In this document: positions 51,421 to 63,399 of the stretch, in pieces | Numbering within the stretch: position 1 is the first letter of the stretch | How the letters are laid out: every line of letters begins with the position of its first letter | Assembly: GCF_020745735.1 (NCBI RefSeq) | Contig: NC_083409.1 | Coordinates: 5,569,534 to 5,633,533, forward strand | Source of the DNA: Hemiscyllium ocellatum | Taxonomy: Eukaryota | Length of the DNA stretch: 64,000 nucleotides | Direction: 5' to 3' | The notes under the pieces: generated by a model | The model's database searches: none | What the model was told of the DNA's origin: nothing | The model's input: only the letters and a program-made list of their open reading frames with translations | Made by a program: the position numbers and the translations under genes

Positions 51421-53475
51421 CCATCTTTAATTGTCCTGGACAAGATGGTGCTGAGCCTCCTTCTTTAAGCGGGGCAGTCTGTGTGCTGTAGTTCCACCCA
51501 CAATGTCTTTAGGAAGGGAATTCCAGGATTCTCAGCCAGTGACGATATTTCCAAGTCAACCTGGTGAATCGCTTGGAGAGGAACTTGCTGGAATGATGCT
51601 GCCCTTGTCCTTCTTGATTCAAGTAATCATGGGTTTAGAAGGTGTTATCTCAGGACCTTTGGTGAATTTCTGAAATGCATCTTGTAGATAGTACAGAAAT
51701 GTTACTGAATGTTGATGTGGAGGGAATGGATATGTGTGGAAGTGGTGCCGATCAAGCGGGATAATATTTGAGCAAGAAAATTTAAATAAAATAATATAAA
51801 GCAACCTAAAATGAAATAAAATGAAATGTTGCTACTTTTTTCATAAAACAACATTGAACCCCAAAAATTAACGTCTCCCTTTTACACGATAATGAGGAAA
51901 GAACGCTTGCTGGTGCAGTTTTATTTAATCATCTCAGAATATTCAAAGCTGTGAGCACAGAGCAGTCACGTTCCCGGACAACATGGTGAGGTCCCGCAGA
52001 CAGGAAATGAATGGCGAGAAACATCTGTTTTGTTAGCACTCGTTGAATAATGAGCAGGATACCAGAGGGAATCTCTTCAGAATGGGATCTTAGCGAGCTC
52101 CCTGAGGTAGGGGTGGTCGGAGTATAGTGGTGATGGTGGAGCCTCAAATGATGGACCCAGAGACTGTGCAACTTTCGAAAGTGCACCACAGTCTCAGCCT
52201 GGAGTCTGTGCTCTCATTTCTGAGGTGGCTTTCAATCCAATGACCATTTTGTCCATGAAGCAGGAGTATTGCCCTTGGGGCCACGGTCAGTAACAATGTA
52301 AACTGTGTGACTCTTAAAGCGTGAGTCTGCATCTCAGCTTGGGAGGATATCAACTCATTCATAAAATCTGTTTCTACCCCTCTGCAGGCTGACCAGGTTG
52401 CCGGTACCTTTCCAACACTCCCACGTTTCCTCTTGTGTCACAGCTCATTCTCCTGAGGGATAGTTGTGCTTGGAGTCGAGAAGTGTGGAGCTGGCAAAGC
52501 ACAGCAGGTCAGGCAGTTGTGCTCAGGTCAAGGACATGACCTTGTCCCTCTGTCAAACCCCCCTCCCGAAACTCATGGGTCACCACCGCCCTCTGCAGGA
52601 CAGAAGGGAAGGGCAACAAGCAAGGATGGAGATGGGGACGTGAAACCTCAAGTGCTATTCTCTGCAGTTTGTGGACACGCTTTGATAGCCATTTGTTAGA
52701 TCTTTGAGTATGATTCATTTTTGATGCTCCCACTGCTAATCCGAAGGACACTCCACCTTTCAATTTGACAAAGCAGGGTCACCCATGTCGTGGCTCTGTT
52801 TCTGGCCGAGGTTGTTTCAAAGAGATGAATTCAATTCAAGCTTCACCAGTTTGATCATTTGAATTGTATGCCATCTATATTGATTTCTCCTGGGATGGGG
52901 TGGGGGGGGGGGGGGCCCTTGACGTGTCGGTTATTTGTTGCCCTTCCCGAACTGTCCAGGAGATGGCCATGATGAGCCATGTAATACCTGGGAAGCAACT
53001 GACAGGTCATTCCCACTGGAATCGACTGCAATGATTGTAGGTTTATCCATGGCTAATGGAAGGAGTCATTACCCATAATCCTGAGCTGCTGTGCAAGTAT
53101 TCTATAGGTAAGAGAGGGCAGTTGTTTCACACTGCCCGAAAAACACAAAGTCAGAAGTCACACAAAAGCAGGTTCTAGCCCACTAATTCGTTTTAAATCA
53201 CAAGCTTCTGAAACCCTGCTCCTTCATGAAGTGTACCTCAGTCCACTATCAGCATTCCCACATTACTGAACACTAAACTGGGGCTCTGAGCGAATCTAAC
53301 TGGCTCCATCTGAAGAATAGGGGGGAGAGAGAGAAAAAGAGAGAACAGCTTTGATAGAGGAGAATGGGTCAGGATTCCCTGGAATTTAGAAGGTTGGAGG
53401 AGATTTCACTGAAACATTTTGAATTCTCCAGGGCCCTGACAGTATAGATTTTGGAAGGATGTGCCCTTACCTGGG

Positions 53476-53687
53476 TTTGGAGATGCCGGTTTTGTACTGG
53501 GGTTTTCAAAGTTACAAATCACATAGTACCAGGTTACAGTCCAACAGGTTTAATTGGAAGCATTAGTTTTCGGAGAGCCACTCCTTCATCAGGTGGTTGA
53601 TGAAGGAGCGGCGCTCCAACGCTAGTGCTTCCAATTAAACCTGTTGGACGATAGCCTGGTGTTGTGTTATTTGAAACTTTGTACCCC
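53476..53687. mobile_element. Palindromic PLE-terminus element, same family as 50621; both hammerheads mutated
   Basis: aaagttacaaatcac..ccaacaggtttaattggaagc..ccttcatcagg mirrored by tgatgaagg..gcttccaattaaacctgttgg..aaacttt. Confidence 0.85.
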
Positions 53688-53769
53688 CTACCCGGCGATT
53701 CTAAAGCAGAGTCGCGGTCTGGGAATAAGGGTTAGACTTTTAGATCAGAGATGAGGAATAGATGGCAGA

Positions 53770-54270
53770 GAGACTAACACCACTGTCTTATAGCACCAGG
53801 TACCTAGCTTCGATTCCATCATGAGATGATTTTCTTTGTGGTGTTTGCATGTTCTCCCCATGTCTGTGTGGGTTTCCTCCGGGTGCGCCAGTTTGTATTC
53901 TCAGTCCAAGGATGTGCAGGTTAGGTGGATTGGCCATGGGAAGTTTCGGGTTACAGCAATAGGAGAGGGGTGCGTTTCTGGGTGGAATGCTGCTTGGACT
54001 TGATGGCCTTCTTCCACACAGTAGGAATTCTATGATTCTACATTGCTGCAGGTCTCGAGTCATGTGTCAATCGATATGGGCAAGGACAGCTATCTAAAGG
54101 ACATTGGTGGGACCAATGAAGTTTGCCCCCAACAATGGTAGTCCTTAGACTCATAATTTCAGAGTTTTTTTTTAAATTAAATGCCTTGCCAGGATTAGAA
54201 TGCATGTGTCCCAGGACGTTACTTGGCTCTCTGGATTAACAAGCTCGTGATGATACCACGAGGCCACTGC
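53770..54270. mobile_element. HE1-type SINE (+, ~53770-54040) and SacSINE1-like fragment (-, ~54110-54270)
   Basis: gtttgcatgttctccccatgtctgtgtgggtttcctccgggtg; ctctctggattaacaagc..gataccacgaggccactgcc. Confidence 0.75.
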
Positions 54271-54307
54271 CTGTCGACACGTGGGCAATCTCTATCTTGA
54301 ATTTATT

Positions 54308-54720
54308 CAGTTAAAAATCACACAAAAACAGGCTGTAGCCCTGAAGGTTTAATTGGAAGCACATTAGCTTTCGGAGCGCCACTTCTTCGTCAGGTGGTTG
54401 TGGAGGGTACAATTGTCACACAGAGTTTATAGCAAAAGTCTACAGTGTGATGTAACTGAAATTATACTTTGAATAATAACTTAATTGTTTGTGGAGGCTT
54501 TCATCTGTGAGAATACTATGATAGTTTCACTTCTTTCAAGTGAAAATCACAACAACTTTTTTTTCAAATTTTGCATTCTCAGGTTTATTGTAGCAATAGC
54601 TGTTAGCTAGACAATATTTGAAGGTGTTAGCCTCCTGTGTTCTCTGTTTTGCCATAATGTTTAGATTGATTGTAAACTAAAAGGTGAGATAACAGAGTTT
54701 TACATTAATTCATGCAGTTC
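54308..54720 (-). mobile_element. PLE terminus with a longer body and a partly decayed hammerhead (54362-54397)
   Basis: gttaaaaatcacacaaaaacagg..ttagctttcggagcgccacttcttcgtcaggtgg. Confidence 0.7.
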
Positions 54721-57112
54721 TGGACTTCCCCACTCCAGGGAAAAGACTGTCTATTTATCCTATCCATGCCTCTCATACTTTTGTATACTTCTATAAGGCC
54801 ACCTCTGAGGCTCCGATGCTCCAGAGAAAACAGCCCCAGCCTGCTCAGCCTCTCCCGATAGCGCAAATCCTCCAACCCTGGCAGCATCCTTGTAAATCTT
54901 TTCTGAACCCTTTCAAGTTTCACAACATCTTTCCGATAGGTGAGAGACTAGAATTGCATGCAATATTTCAACAGCAACCTAAACAAGGTCCGATACAGCT
55001 ACAACATGACGTCCCAATATTCTGACCGATAAATGAAAGCATACCAAACACCTTTTCTTTCCTTTCTACCTGCGACTCCACTTTCAAAGAGCTATGAACC
55101 TTCACTCAAAGGTCTCTTTGTTCAGCAACCTTCTCTAGAGACTTACCATTAAGTCCTGATAAGATTTGCTTTCCCAAAATGCAGCACCTCACATTTATCT
55201 GAATTAAACTCCATCTGCCACTTCTCAGACCATTGGCCCATCTGATCAAGATCCTGTTGTAATCTGAGGTAACCTTCTTCATTTACCACCAAACCTTCAA
55301 TTTTGGTGTCGTCTGCAAAGTTACTAACTGTACCTCTTATGCTCATGTCCAAATCATTTATACAAATTACGAAATGTAGTGGACCCAGTACAGATCCTTG
55401 AGACACACGACTGGTCACAGACGTCCAGTCTGAAAAGCATCTCTCCACCACCACCCTCTGTCCTCTACTTTTGAGCCAGTTCTGTATCCAAATGGCTAGT
55501 TGTCCATGTGAAATCTGACTTTGCTAACCACTCTCCCATGGGGAACCTTGTTGAATGCCTCTCTGATGTCCATATAGATCTGCCCTCATCAATTCTCTTT
55601 GTTATTTCTTCAAAAAACTCAATCAGGTTTGTGAGGCATGATTTCACACATATAATACCATGTTGACTATCGCTCATCAGTCCTTGCCTTTCGAAATAAA
55701 CATACCTCCTGCCCCTCAGGATTTCCAACAACTTGCCCACCACCGACATCAGGCTCACAGGTGTATTGTTCCCTGCTTTCTTAAGCTTTCTTAAAAAGTG
55801 ACACCACGTTACCCAGCCTCCAGTCTTCCAGCACCTCACCTGTGACTATCGATGAAACAAATATCTCAGCAAGAGGCCCAGCAATTGCTTCCTTAGTTTC
55901 CCACAAAGTTCTAGGGTACACCTGATCAGGTCCAGGGGATTTATTCACCTTTCTGCGTTTCAAGACATCAGCACTTCCTCCTTGGTATATGGACAATTCA
56001 CAGGATGTCACCATTTATTTCCCTACATTCTATACCTTCCATATTCCTTTCCACATTAAATACTGATACAAAATAGTCATTTAGTTGCTCCTCCATCTCC
56101 TGCGGCTCCACACAAAGGCTGTCTTGCTGATCTTTGAGGGGCCCTATTCTCTACCTAGTTACCTTTTTTGCCCTTAATGTATTTGTAAGAACTCTTTGGA
56201 TTCTCCTTAATTCTATTTGACAAAGCTATCTCAAGTCCCCTTTTTGCCCTCCTGATTTCCTTTTTTAGTGTACTCCTACTGCCTTTATCCTCTTCTCATG
56301 ATTCACTGGATCTATCCTGCCTATACCTGACCTCTGCTTCCTTATTTTCGTTAATCAAAACTCAATATATTTAGTCATCCAGCATTCTCTATACCTAAAA
56401 TCCATTCCTTGCACCTTAACAGAAATAATCTTTCTCTGGATTCTTATTATCGCATTTCTGAAGCCTTCCCATTTTTCAGTCGTTCCTTTACCTACGAACA
56501 TCTGTACCCAATCTGCTTTCGAAAGTTCTTGCCTAATACCGTCAAAATTGGCCTTTCTGCATTTTAGAACTTCAACTTTTAGATCTGGTCTATCCTTTTC
56601 CATCACTATTTTAAAACTAATAGAATTGTGGTCGCTGGCTCAAAGTGCTCCCCCACTGAAACCTCAGTCACCTGCCCTGCCTTATTTCCCAAGAGTACGT
56701 CAAGTTTTGCACCTTCTCTACTGGGTACATCCACATACTGAATCAGAATGTTTTCTTGTACACACTTTACAACTTCCACTCTATCTAAACCCTTAACATT
56801 ATGGCAGTCCCAGTCTATGTTTGGAAAGTTAAAACACCCTACCATAAGTATCCTATTATTATTACAGATAGCTGGGATCTCCTTACAAATTTGATTCTCA
56901 ATTACCCTTTGACTATCAGAGGGTCTACAATCCAATCCCAATGAAGTCATAATTCCATTTAAATTTCTCAGTTCCACATAAATAACTTCCCTGGATATAT
57001 TTCCAGGAATATCCTCCCTCAGTACAGCTGTAATGCTATATCTTATCAAAAATGCCACTCCCCCTCCTCTCTTGCCTCCCTGTCTATCCTCCCTGCAGCA
57101 TTTGCATCCTGT
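54720..57112 (-). mobile_element. CR1/HER1-like LINE (APE endonuclease and RT remnants), ~2.4 kb
   Basis: DRQGGKRGGGVAFLI..MVGCFNFPNIDWD..EGAKLDVLLGN; VSQGSVLGPLHFVICINDLD..FADDTK; KLERVQKRFTRMLPGL. Confidence 0.93.
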
Positions 57113-57387
57113 TAAGGCCTCATCACAGAATCCTTGTGGAGCAGCATTCATCACGTTTTTTTCCCGGTTTTCAGTCACTAAACGAGTCTCCTAACCGAGT
57201 CAAACATTCATCTTCAATCCCATGGGTTTTAACTTTGGTCAGCAGACTGTTTTGTGGAAAATTATTACGTATTTCTGAAAGTGGCTAAGATTATACGTCC
57301 TATCAACTATTTTAATGCATTTGGTTTGTTCGTTAGAAATTACCCATCACAAATCTATGTGGACTATTTCCAATTCTCTACATGCGA

Positions 57388-57640
57388 CGGGGCAGCACGG
57401 TGGCACAGTGGCTAATGCTGCTACTTCACAGCACCAGAGACCCGGGTTGAATTCCTGCCTCAGGCAACTACCAGTGTGGCGTTTTCACACTCTCCCTTGT
57501 CTGTGTGGGTTCCATCTGTGCTGGTTAAATGAATTGGCCATGCCAAATTGCCCATACTGTTAGGTGTAGGGGAATGGGTTTGGGTCAGTGTGGACTTGTT
57601 GGGCCAAAGGGCCTAATTCTACACTGTAAGTAATCTAATT
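57388..57640 (+). mobile_element. HE1-type SINE
   Basis: gggcagcacggtggcacagtggcta..acactgtaagtaatctaat. Confidence 0.9.
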
Positions 57641-58339
57641 TTCATTCTCTCTGCTGTTAATTATATATTCCAATGAGACCCTCAAACGAGATGTTAAATT
57701 GACCAGTATATAATTCTGTGGTGAACAGATCAGTGTCTGTGTGGAATTACAAGAGAACAGCCAGTGAGCCTGACACTTTCAGGAACACCCCCTGGTGCTG
57801 AAGGTCACGTTGCTGCTGGCAAAGGTCGCATTTAATCTGTAACGGTACTCCCTTCCTACACACTCCACTGTTGTCCCCACAAGCCTCACTGCAACCCCTG
57901 GAGATGCCAGCCAGCACCTTGTGCCCTCGCTCAGTCTCCATTGACCTTGTCTCCATTAGCCTTGAACCTCCTTCCAAGCACCTACTTGGGCCTTCACTGA
58001 AGATTGAGCCATTTCCTCTGACCCTTGATCATGTGTATGCCATCTTAACTAACTAACCTGGTCACCATTAACCTGCACTGCCCTCTCAGCAGGGTGCATA
58101 AGTTGATTCAGCATCGAAAGGCCCTATGGCTCATTGAGTCTGCACAGCCATAACTACCACTAAAGGCACTCTAATCCCAATTTCCTGCACTTGTCTCAAA
58201 TCCGTGAATGTTATGATATTTAAATGTTGTAAGCTTTCCACACTCCACTACCTTCCCGGAAGGAGGGTTCATGTTTATAGTTTATATCATGTCAGGCTCA
58301 AGGAGGTTAACGAATGCTCAACTCTTTTGGCTTTTGCTG

Positions 58340-58810
58340 TGTATGGGTTGGTGGCTCTGTGGTTAGCACTGCTGCTTGACAGCACCAGCGACCTGCGTTT
58401 GATTCCAGTCGCAAGTGACTGACTGTGTGGAGTTTGCACATTCTCCTCGTGTCTGTGTGAGGTTCCTCTGGGTACTCTGCTTTCCTCCCACGATCCAAAC
58501 ATATGCAGGGTATGTGGATTGGCCGTGCTAAAATTGCCCATAGTGTTCAGCTAGGCACATTCGTCAGGGGAATCTAGGAGAGGGGAATAGATCTGGGTGG
58601 GTTACTCCTCGTATCTGGTGATATGTGTATGCCAGACTAGCGGAAGGACAGCAGTCTTCCTTCCCTCAAGGACAATAGTGAACAAGATGATTCTTTTTCT
58701 GACAATCACGAATGGCTTCATGGTCACCTGATTTCCAGATTGTTTTTGAATTAAAATTCCTCCACCTGAATGGTGGGATTCAAACACAGGTGCCCAGAAC
58801 TTTATTTGGT
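58340..58810. mobile_element. HE1-type SINE (+) followed by reverse LINE-tail and SINE fragments
   Basis: ggttagcactgctgc..gactgtgtggagtttgcacattctcc; gtcttccttccctcaaggacaatagtgaac. Confidence 0.75.
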
Positions 58811-59907
58811 TCTTCAGATTTATGGTCTGCAAAGATACCACGAGTTCTTTTCCTATCCCATTAGTATCCTTGCCTCTGAGCCTGACACTGCTGTGGAATG
58901 CAGCTCTTTCCATAGAGTGGTTCTCATGACAGTGTGATAAAGGCAAAAGACAAAAAAAGGGAAGAAAAGAAAAAGAAATAAAAAGCAGAGTATCGGAAGA
59001 ACTGATACTCTGGTACCTGACTCTGAATAACAACCTGCCAACCAACCCCCTCTTCTGTCACCCTCAATCTCGACATGCTTACTCTTGATGCCCCTTCGAT
59101 CCAGCCTGTGCTGCCTTTGGGAGAAGTTGACCTTCCCTCCATCACCCAGCATCGTTGTCATCATCCGAGAGGAGCATACTCCCACTTGCCCATTCAAGAC
59201 AGAGACTAATGGTGGTAGGTTTAATCTGAGGGTCACCACAGCTGAGGCGGGGGAGAGAAGTTGACATCTTCATTAATCCACTGTAACTCCTCTTGGGGTT
59301 GCAAAATTTCAATCTCCCTCACTCAGACAGCTCCCCTCCCTGCAAGGTAATATTGCTGCCCCTCGTTTAAGGCTAATTGACCATTAAAATATGACTATGG
59401 GTCTCCAGCATTGGCTGAGCAGGCAATCACTGTGACAATGACACTGGCTCCAGAAAGTCCCCTTTTAATTGGGGAGCACATAAAGGAGCACAGTGCACAC
59501 TGCGTCAGAAATGCCTCCCTTACGGAGAATACTCTCTCAGCATTCACTTTTCTCAGCGGCCATCTCAATTTACAATCAATTCTGTGTCCTATGATCCTGC
59601 TCAAGTAGCTCCCTAATGAAGGAGGAGGGCTCTGAAAATTTGTACTTCCAAATAAAGCTGTTTGAATCTAACCTCGTGTTGTGTAATTTTTAACTATGAC
59701 CATCTCAATGAGGTGCCATCTCACACTGGATTAGCTGAATTGCTGTTCGGTCATGATTTGAGAAGCTTAAATTCTAATCTTCAATCCCCAGCACAAAGCC
59801 CATTCTCTCTGCATCATTATTAGACAAATACCTTTGAGAGACACTGACAGACTGCACGAACACAGACAGGCGACATTGAGTCACTGAGAAACATGCTGAC
59901 ACTCCAT

Positions 59908-60240
59908 GCTGCCTGTAGGTGTCTCAGTGTGAGCGTGTCACTCTGTGCTGCCTGTAACTGTCTGACTGAATGTGGGTGTGTTACTCAGTACTGCCTGTAG
60001 GTTTCTCTCTGCGTATGAGCATTTTACTCAGTGCTGTCTGAAGGTGGGTCTCCAAATATGGGAATGTCACTTAGTGCTACCTGCAAATGTCTCTCTGATT
60101 GTGAGTGTGTTTGTCAGTGCTGCCTGCAGGTGTCTCTCTGAATAACACCCACACTCAAACTCAAACGCAAACCTCAGATAGACACAAGCAGGCAGCATTA
60201 AGTAATGCACTCACACTGAGAGAGACACACAATCTGCAGT
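59908..60240. repeat. Degenerate 43-bp minisatellite (6 units) with inverted partial units after it
   Basis: gctgcctgcaggtgtctctctg..cagt units start at 59908, 59947, 59990, 60033, 60076 and 60119; agcaggcagc..cactgagagagacac at 60187-60230 is the reverse complement. Confidence 0.8.
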
Positions 60241-60593
60241 GTCTGTGAAAGGCCGAATATCATTTTCAGGTTCTACCCAGCATGCAGCTGAGAGTGCACA
60301 TGCAACCCTACCAGCTGGGTTTGGACCAGAGAGTGATGAGTGAATGCCTCAGATTATAATTATTGAGTCGCAACAGCTTTCAGTTGCTGTTCTTTTTGGA
60401 ATAATTTAACCTCCACAGATTCCGAAACAGAGGAATCATTTGAACGTGATTGGTGAAAGACTGTCAGTATCATCTACAACTGATGTGTCATTGATTGACA
60501 GGCCAAGAGCTAATTGTGACAGTGACTTGCTGAACTGCAGCCAATCAGCTGAGGACAGTTATCAATTTCCAAATTACACGACAGTATTGCTCT

Positions 60594-61170
60594 TTGATGT
60601 GAAGGGCATTGCTTGTCCCTGGCCACTCGGGTGCTTCCCTATCCTCCTGGTGGTGGAAATTGAATAAAGATTCGTGCACCTTGTGTCTCTCACTGTGTCT
60701 CACAACTGCGCGCACACACACACACACCATGGGTGCTGGGGAAAAAAAATAAGCACTACAGCAGTTAGGTGGTAGTGTGGAGGTTAATTAAAAATAAATA
60801 AAATAACCAGGAATGTCTCACTGTGTCTCACAGCTGCACACACACAGCATGGGTGCTGGGAAAAAAAACAGAACGTAAAAAAAATTTTAAAAGTCCGAAG
60901 TACACAGACAGTATAGCCTATTGATGTGAAGGGCATTGCTTGTCACTGGACACTCGGGTGTTTCCTTTCTTCCTAGTAGTGGAAACTGAATAAAGATTCA
61001 TGCACCTTTTGTCTTTCACCGTGTCTCAAAACTGCATACAGACAACATGGGTGCTAGGGAAAAAATAAGCACTACCGCAAAAGAAAAATAAGAAAAAAAG
61101 ATAAAATAGCTATGATTTTTCTGCATCTCACACCTGCACTCACACACAAGATGGGTGATTGGGAAAAAAA
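60594..61170 (+). repeat. Tandemly duplicated unclassified repeat (327-bp period) with four copies of a ~55-bp sub-unit
   Basis: ttgatgtgaagggcattgcttgtc..gaataaagattc at 60594 and 60921; tctcac..catgggtgctggggaaaaaa at ~60690, 60818, 61015 and 61127. Confidence 0.85.
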
Positions 61171-61213
61171 TAAGACCTTAATACACAGAGACAGAGACCC
61201 AATATTCTTTATC

Positions 61214-61219
61214 TTTATT
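61214..61219 (-). terminator. Polyadenylation signal of C2
   Basis: tttatt = AATAAA on the minus strand, at the position homologous to 48478. Confidence 0.8.
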
Positions 61220-61744
61220 CGCTTTTCTAGATTGACATTGACAGAAAACAGGCTGCAATCAACAGTCCAGATAGAGGAAGCTGCACAAATTCACAGCCAC
61301 AGTGGATATTGAGGAAAATACTTGAGGAGATTTACTCAATAATGTGAGAATCCTGTCCCTTTAAACAGTGACAGAACCTCAAATTGGAACTGATGACTGA
61401 GCAGGAAGGAGATCTGGTTTACTGCAGCAGAGACTTCTGAGGTTCGTATTGTTTTTGCATAGCTGACAGTCTTCAGCATCATCGAGCGGTTTGACTTGGC
61501 ATCACAAGATAACCCTGTCCCTATCACACGCACCCAGAACAGGACAGCATACGGTTTGAACAGCATAAAGGTCTCTCTATACTATTGCAACAACGTGTCT
61601 TAACTACCGGACCTCAGATGTTGCCCCGAGCAGCCCTTAGATGGAAGAGAGTTGAAATTCAGTGCTGACAATGATCTTTGTCCTGCCAGCTCAGCGCTGT
61701 TCTATGTTAAAGTTGTGTCCCCTCTGTGGACTGTCTCGAACCCT

Positions 61745-62073
61745 CTACAGATATTCTGATCTCCTGATGCTCTTGCTGAGGGGAGAGGGGAGGTTCCCGT
61801 GGGTGAGGGCACGGGGGAAGCGAGCGTTGAATTCCCAGTCAGGCTCAGAGAGGGTCAGCAGGCTGCTGACACTGTAGGAACTGTCGGAAGCTCGCAGGTA
61901 ATTATTGGTCTGAACCCCATCTGAAATGACTGCACCGTCCTTCTTCCACTGCACCTCCAGCTCATCGGGATAGAAGTGATTGGCAAGGCACACCAGGGTG
62001 TCAGTGCCCTTGGCATTGACCTGCTTCGGGGAGGGGGGCAGCATGGTCAGCTTTGGCTGAAGGTTCTCACGGC
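61745..62073 (-). pseudogene. IGKC: Ig kappa-type constant exon C2; open frame but lacking the second intradomain Cys and the C-terminal Cys (probable pseudo-exon)
   Basis: Acceptor ctttcAG|gc cgt gag; RENLQPKLTMLPPSP..GTDTLVC..VQW..ARFPRALTH..RRSEYL*; same 329-nt length as C1. Confidence 0.75.
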
Positions 62074-63399
62074 CTGAAAGGCAAGAGAAGCAATTTTAAT
62101 CCCTGCCAAACAAAAGGAATTTAACTCTCAGCATATTCACTGGCAATACCATCTTATTGAACACTTGTAGTCAACACAGAATAAAACCGACAAAAGAACA
62201 GACATTGTTCAAATTGCTTCGTGGGATTTCATTGTCTCTGGCAGGGCCAGCATTTATTGCCCATCCCTAATTGCCCCTGAGAGGGTGATGGTGAAAAAGA
62301 AGGGATAGTTTTGGACCATCGTTTATGGAATGAATGTAGGCAGCTGGAAGGGCTATCAATGGGGGAGCATTTCAGTGACAGTGATCAGACCTCAGTGAGA
62401 TTGAGAGAAGTTTTGGAAATGGAGAGCCATGGGCAAGAGTAAAAGTTTTCATTGGCGAATGGATATTTTAATAAACCGTGTGGTGGTTTACAAAAAGCGG
62501 ACTGGAACCAGCGGCATGATGGAAATCACTGTCAGGGCAGTTGAAGCCCTCGAAGGATGAGATATAGATCGTTCAGAATCTGTTCCCACAAGGAGTAAGG
62601 GTGGGGCTCCCAAATCTAGATTCTCAGACTGGGATGTCAAAAGGCAGCCAGAGTAGGGAAGACCAAATAGGGATGGTGACGTTTGTTATCTGGAGTTCAA
62701 ACCTCCAGAAAGCTGAATGGAGAATAGAAGATGCATGGATGAAATTGAACAGAATCTGAGTAAAGCAAAGAGTTGACAGAATGAGGTATGTCCAATTGAA
62801 TCAGGGAAATCCCAATGAACAAGAGGATTGGGGTCATGTACTGAAATGCATTGGGAACTGGTTGGCAGACAGGACAGAAAGTACAAGTCTTTCGTTCCTT
62901 GGTACCTAGTTATTCATAACATATAATAATACAGTCATAGAGTCAGAGAGACCCAAAAGCCCATCAGACGATTGTGTCCATATTGGTCAAAAAAGAACAA
63001 CCCAATAATTCTCATCCATTTTTCTAGCATGAGGGAATTAGATGTGGTATGTGTTCAAGAAGGAATCAGATTTGTTTTTTAGGATTAAATGGATTGACGA
63101 ATGTGGGGAGAAAGCGGGAACAGGCGACTGTGTTGGAATGATCAGCCATGATCATATTAAATGGTGGCGCAGGCTTGAGAGGCTGAATGGCCTACTCTTG
63201 CTACGATTTTTGATGTTTCTACCTACTGGTCAAATAATGAAGGAATGTCTCTCATAGGTTTGAAGCTGGGAGTCAATGTGCGTCAAAGTGGAAGATGTGG
63301 TCACGGTGATTAATGATTGCGGGTCAGTAAGGTGGTTAAGAAAACACATGGGGTACATTTTTATTTTTTTCTCCTTATGAAATGAGGGCATTGCAGGAT

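Noticed and set aside
56606-57178. 190-aa ORF as a possible domesticated gene
   Set aside because: It is the CR1 APE endonuclease region, continuous with frameshifted RT remnants
60692-60698. CACTGTG heptamers in the 60.6-61.1 kb repeat (also 1883, 36039, 45092)
   Set aside because: No nonamer at 12 or 23 bp at the four positions checked, and no J coding sequence follows
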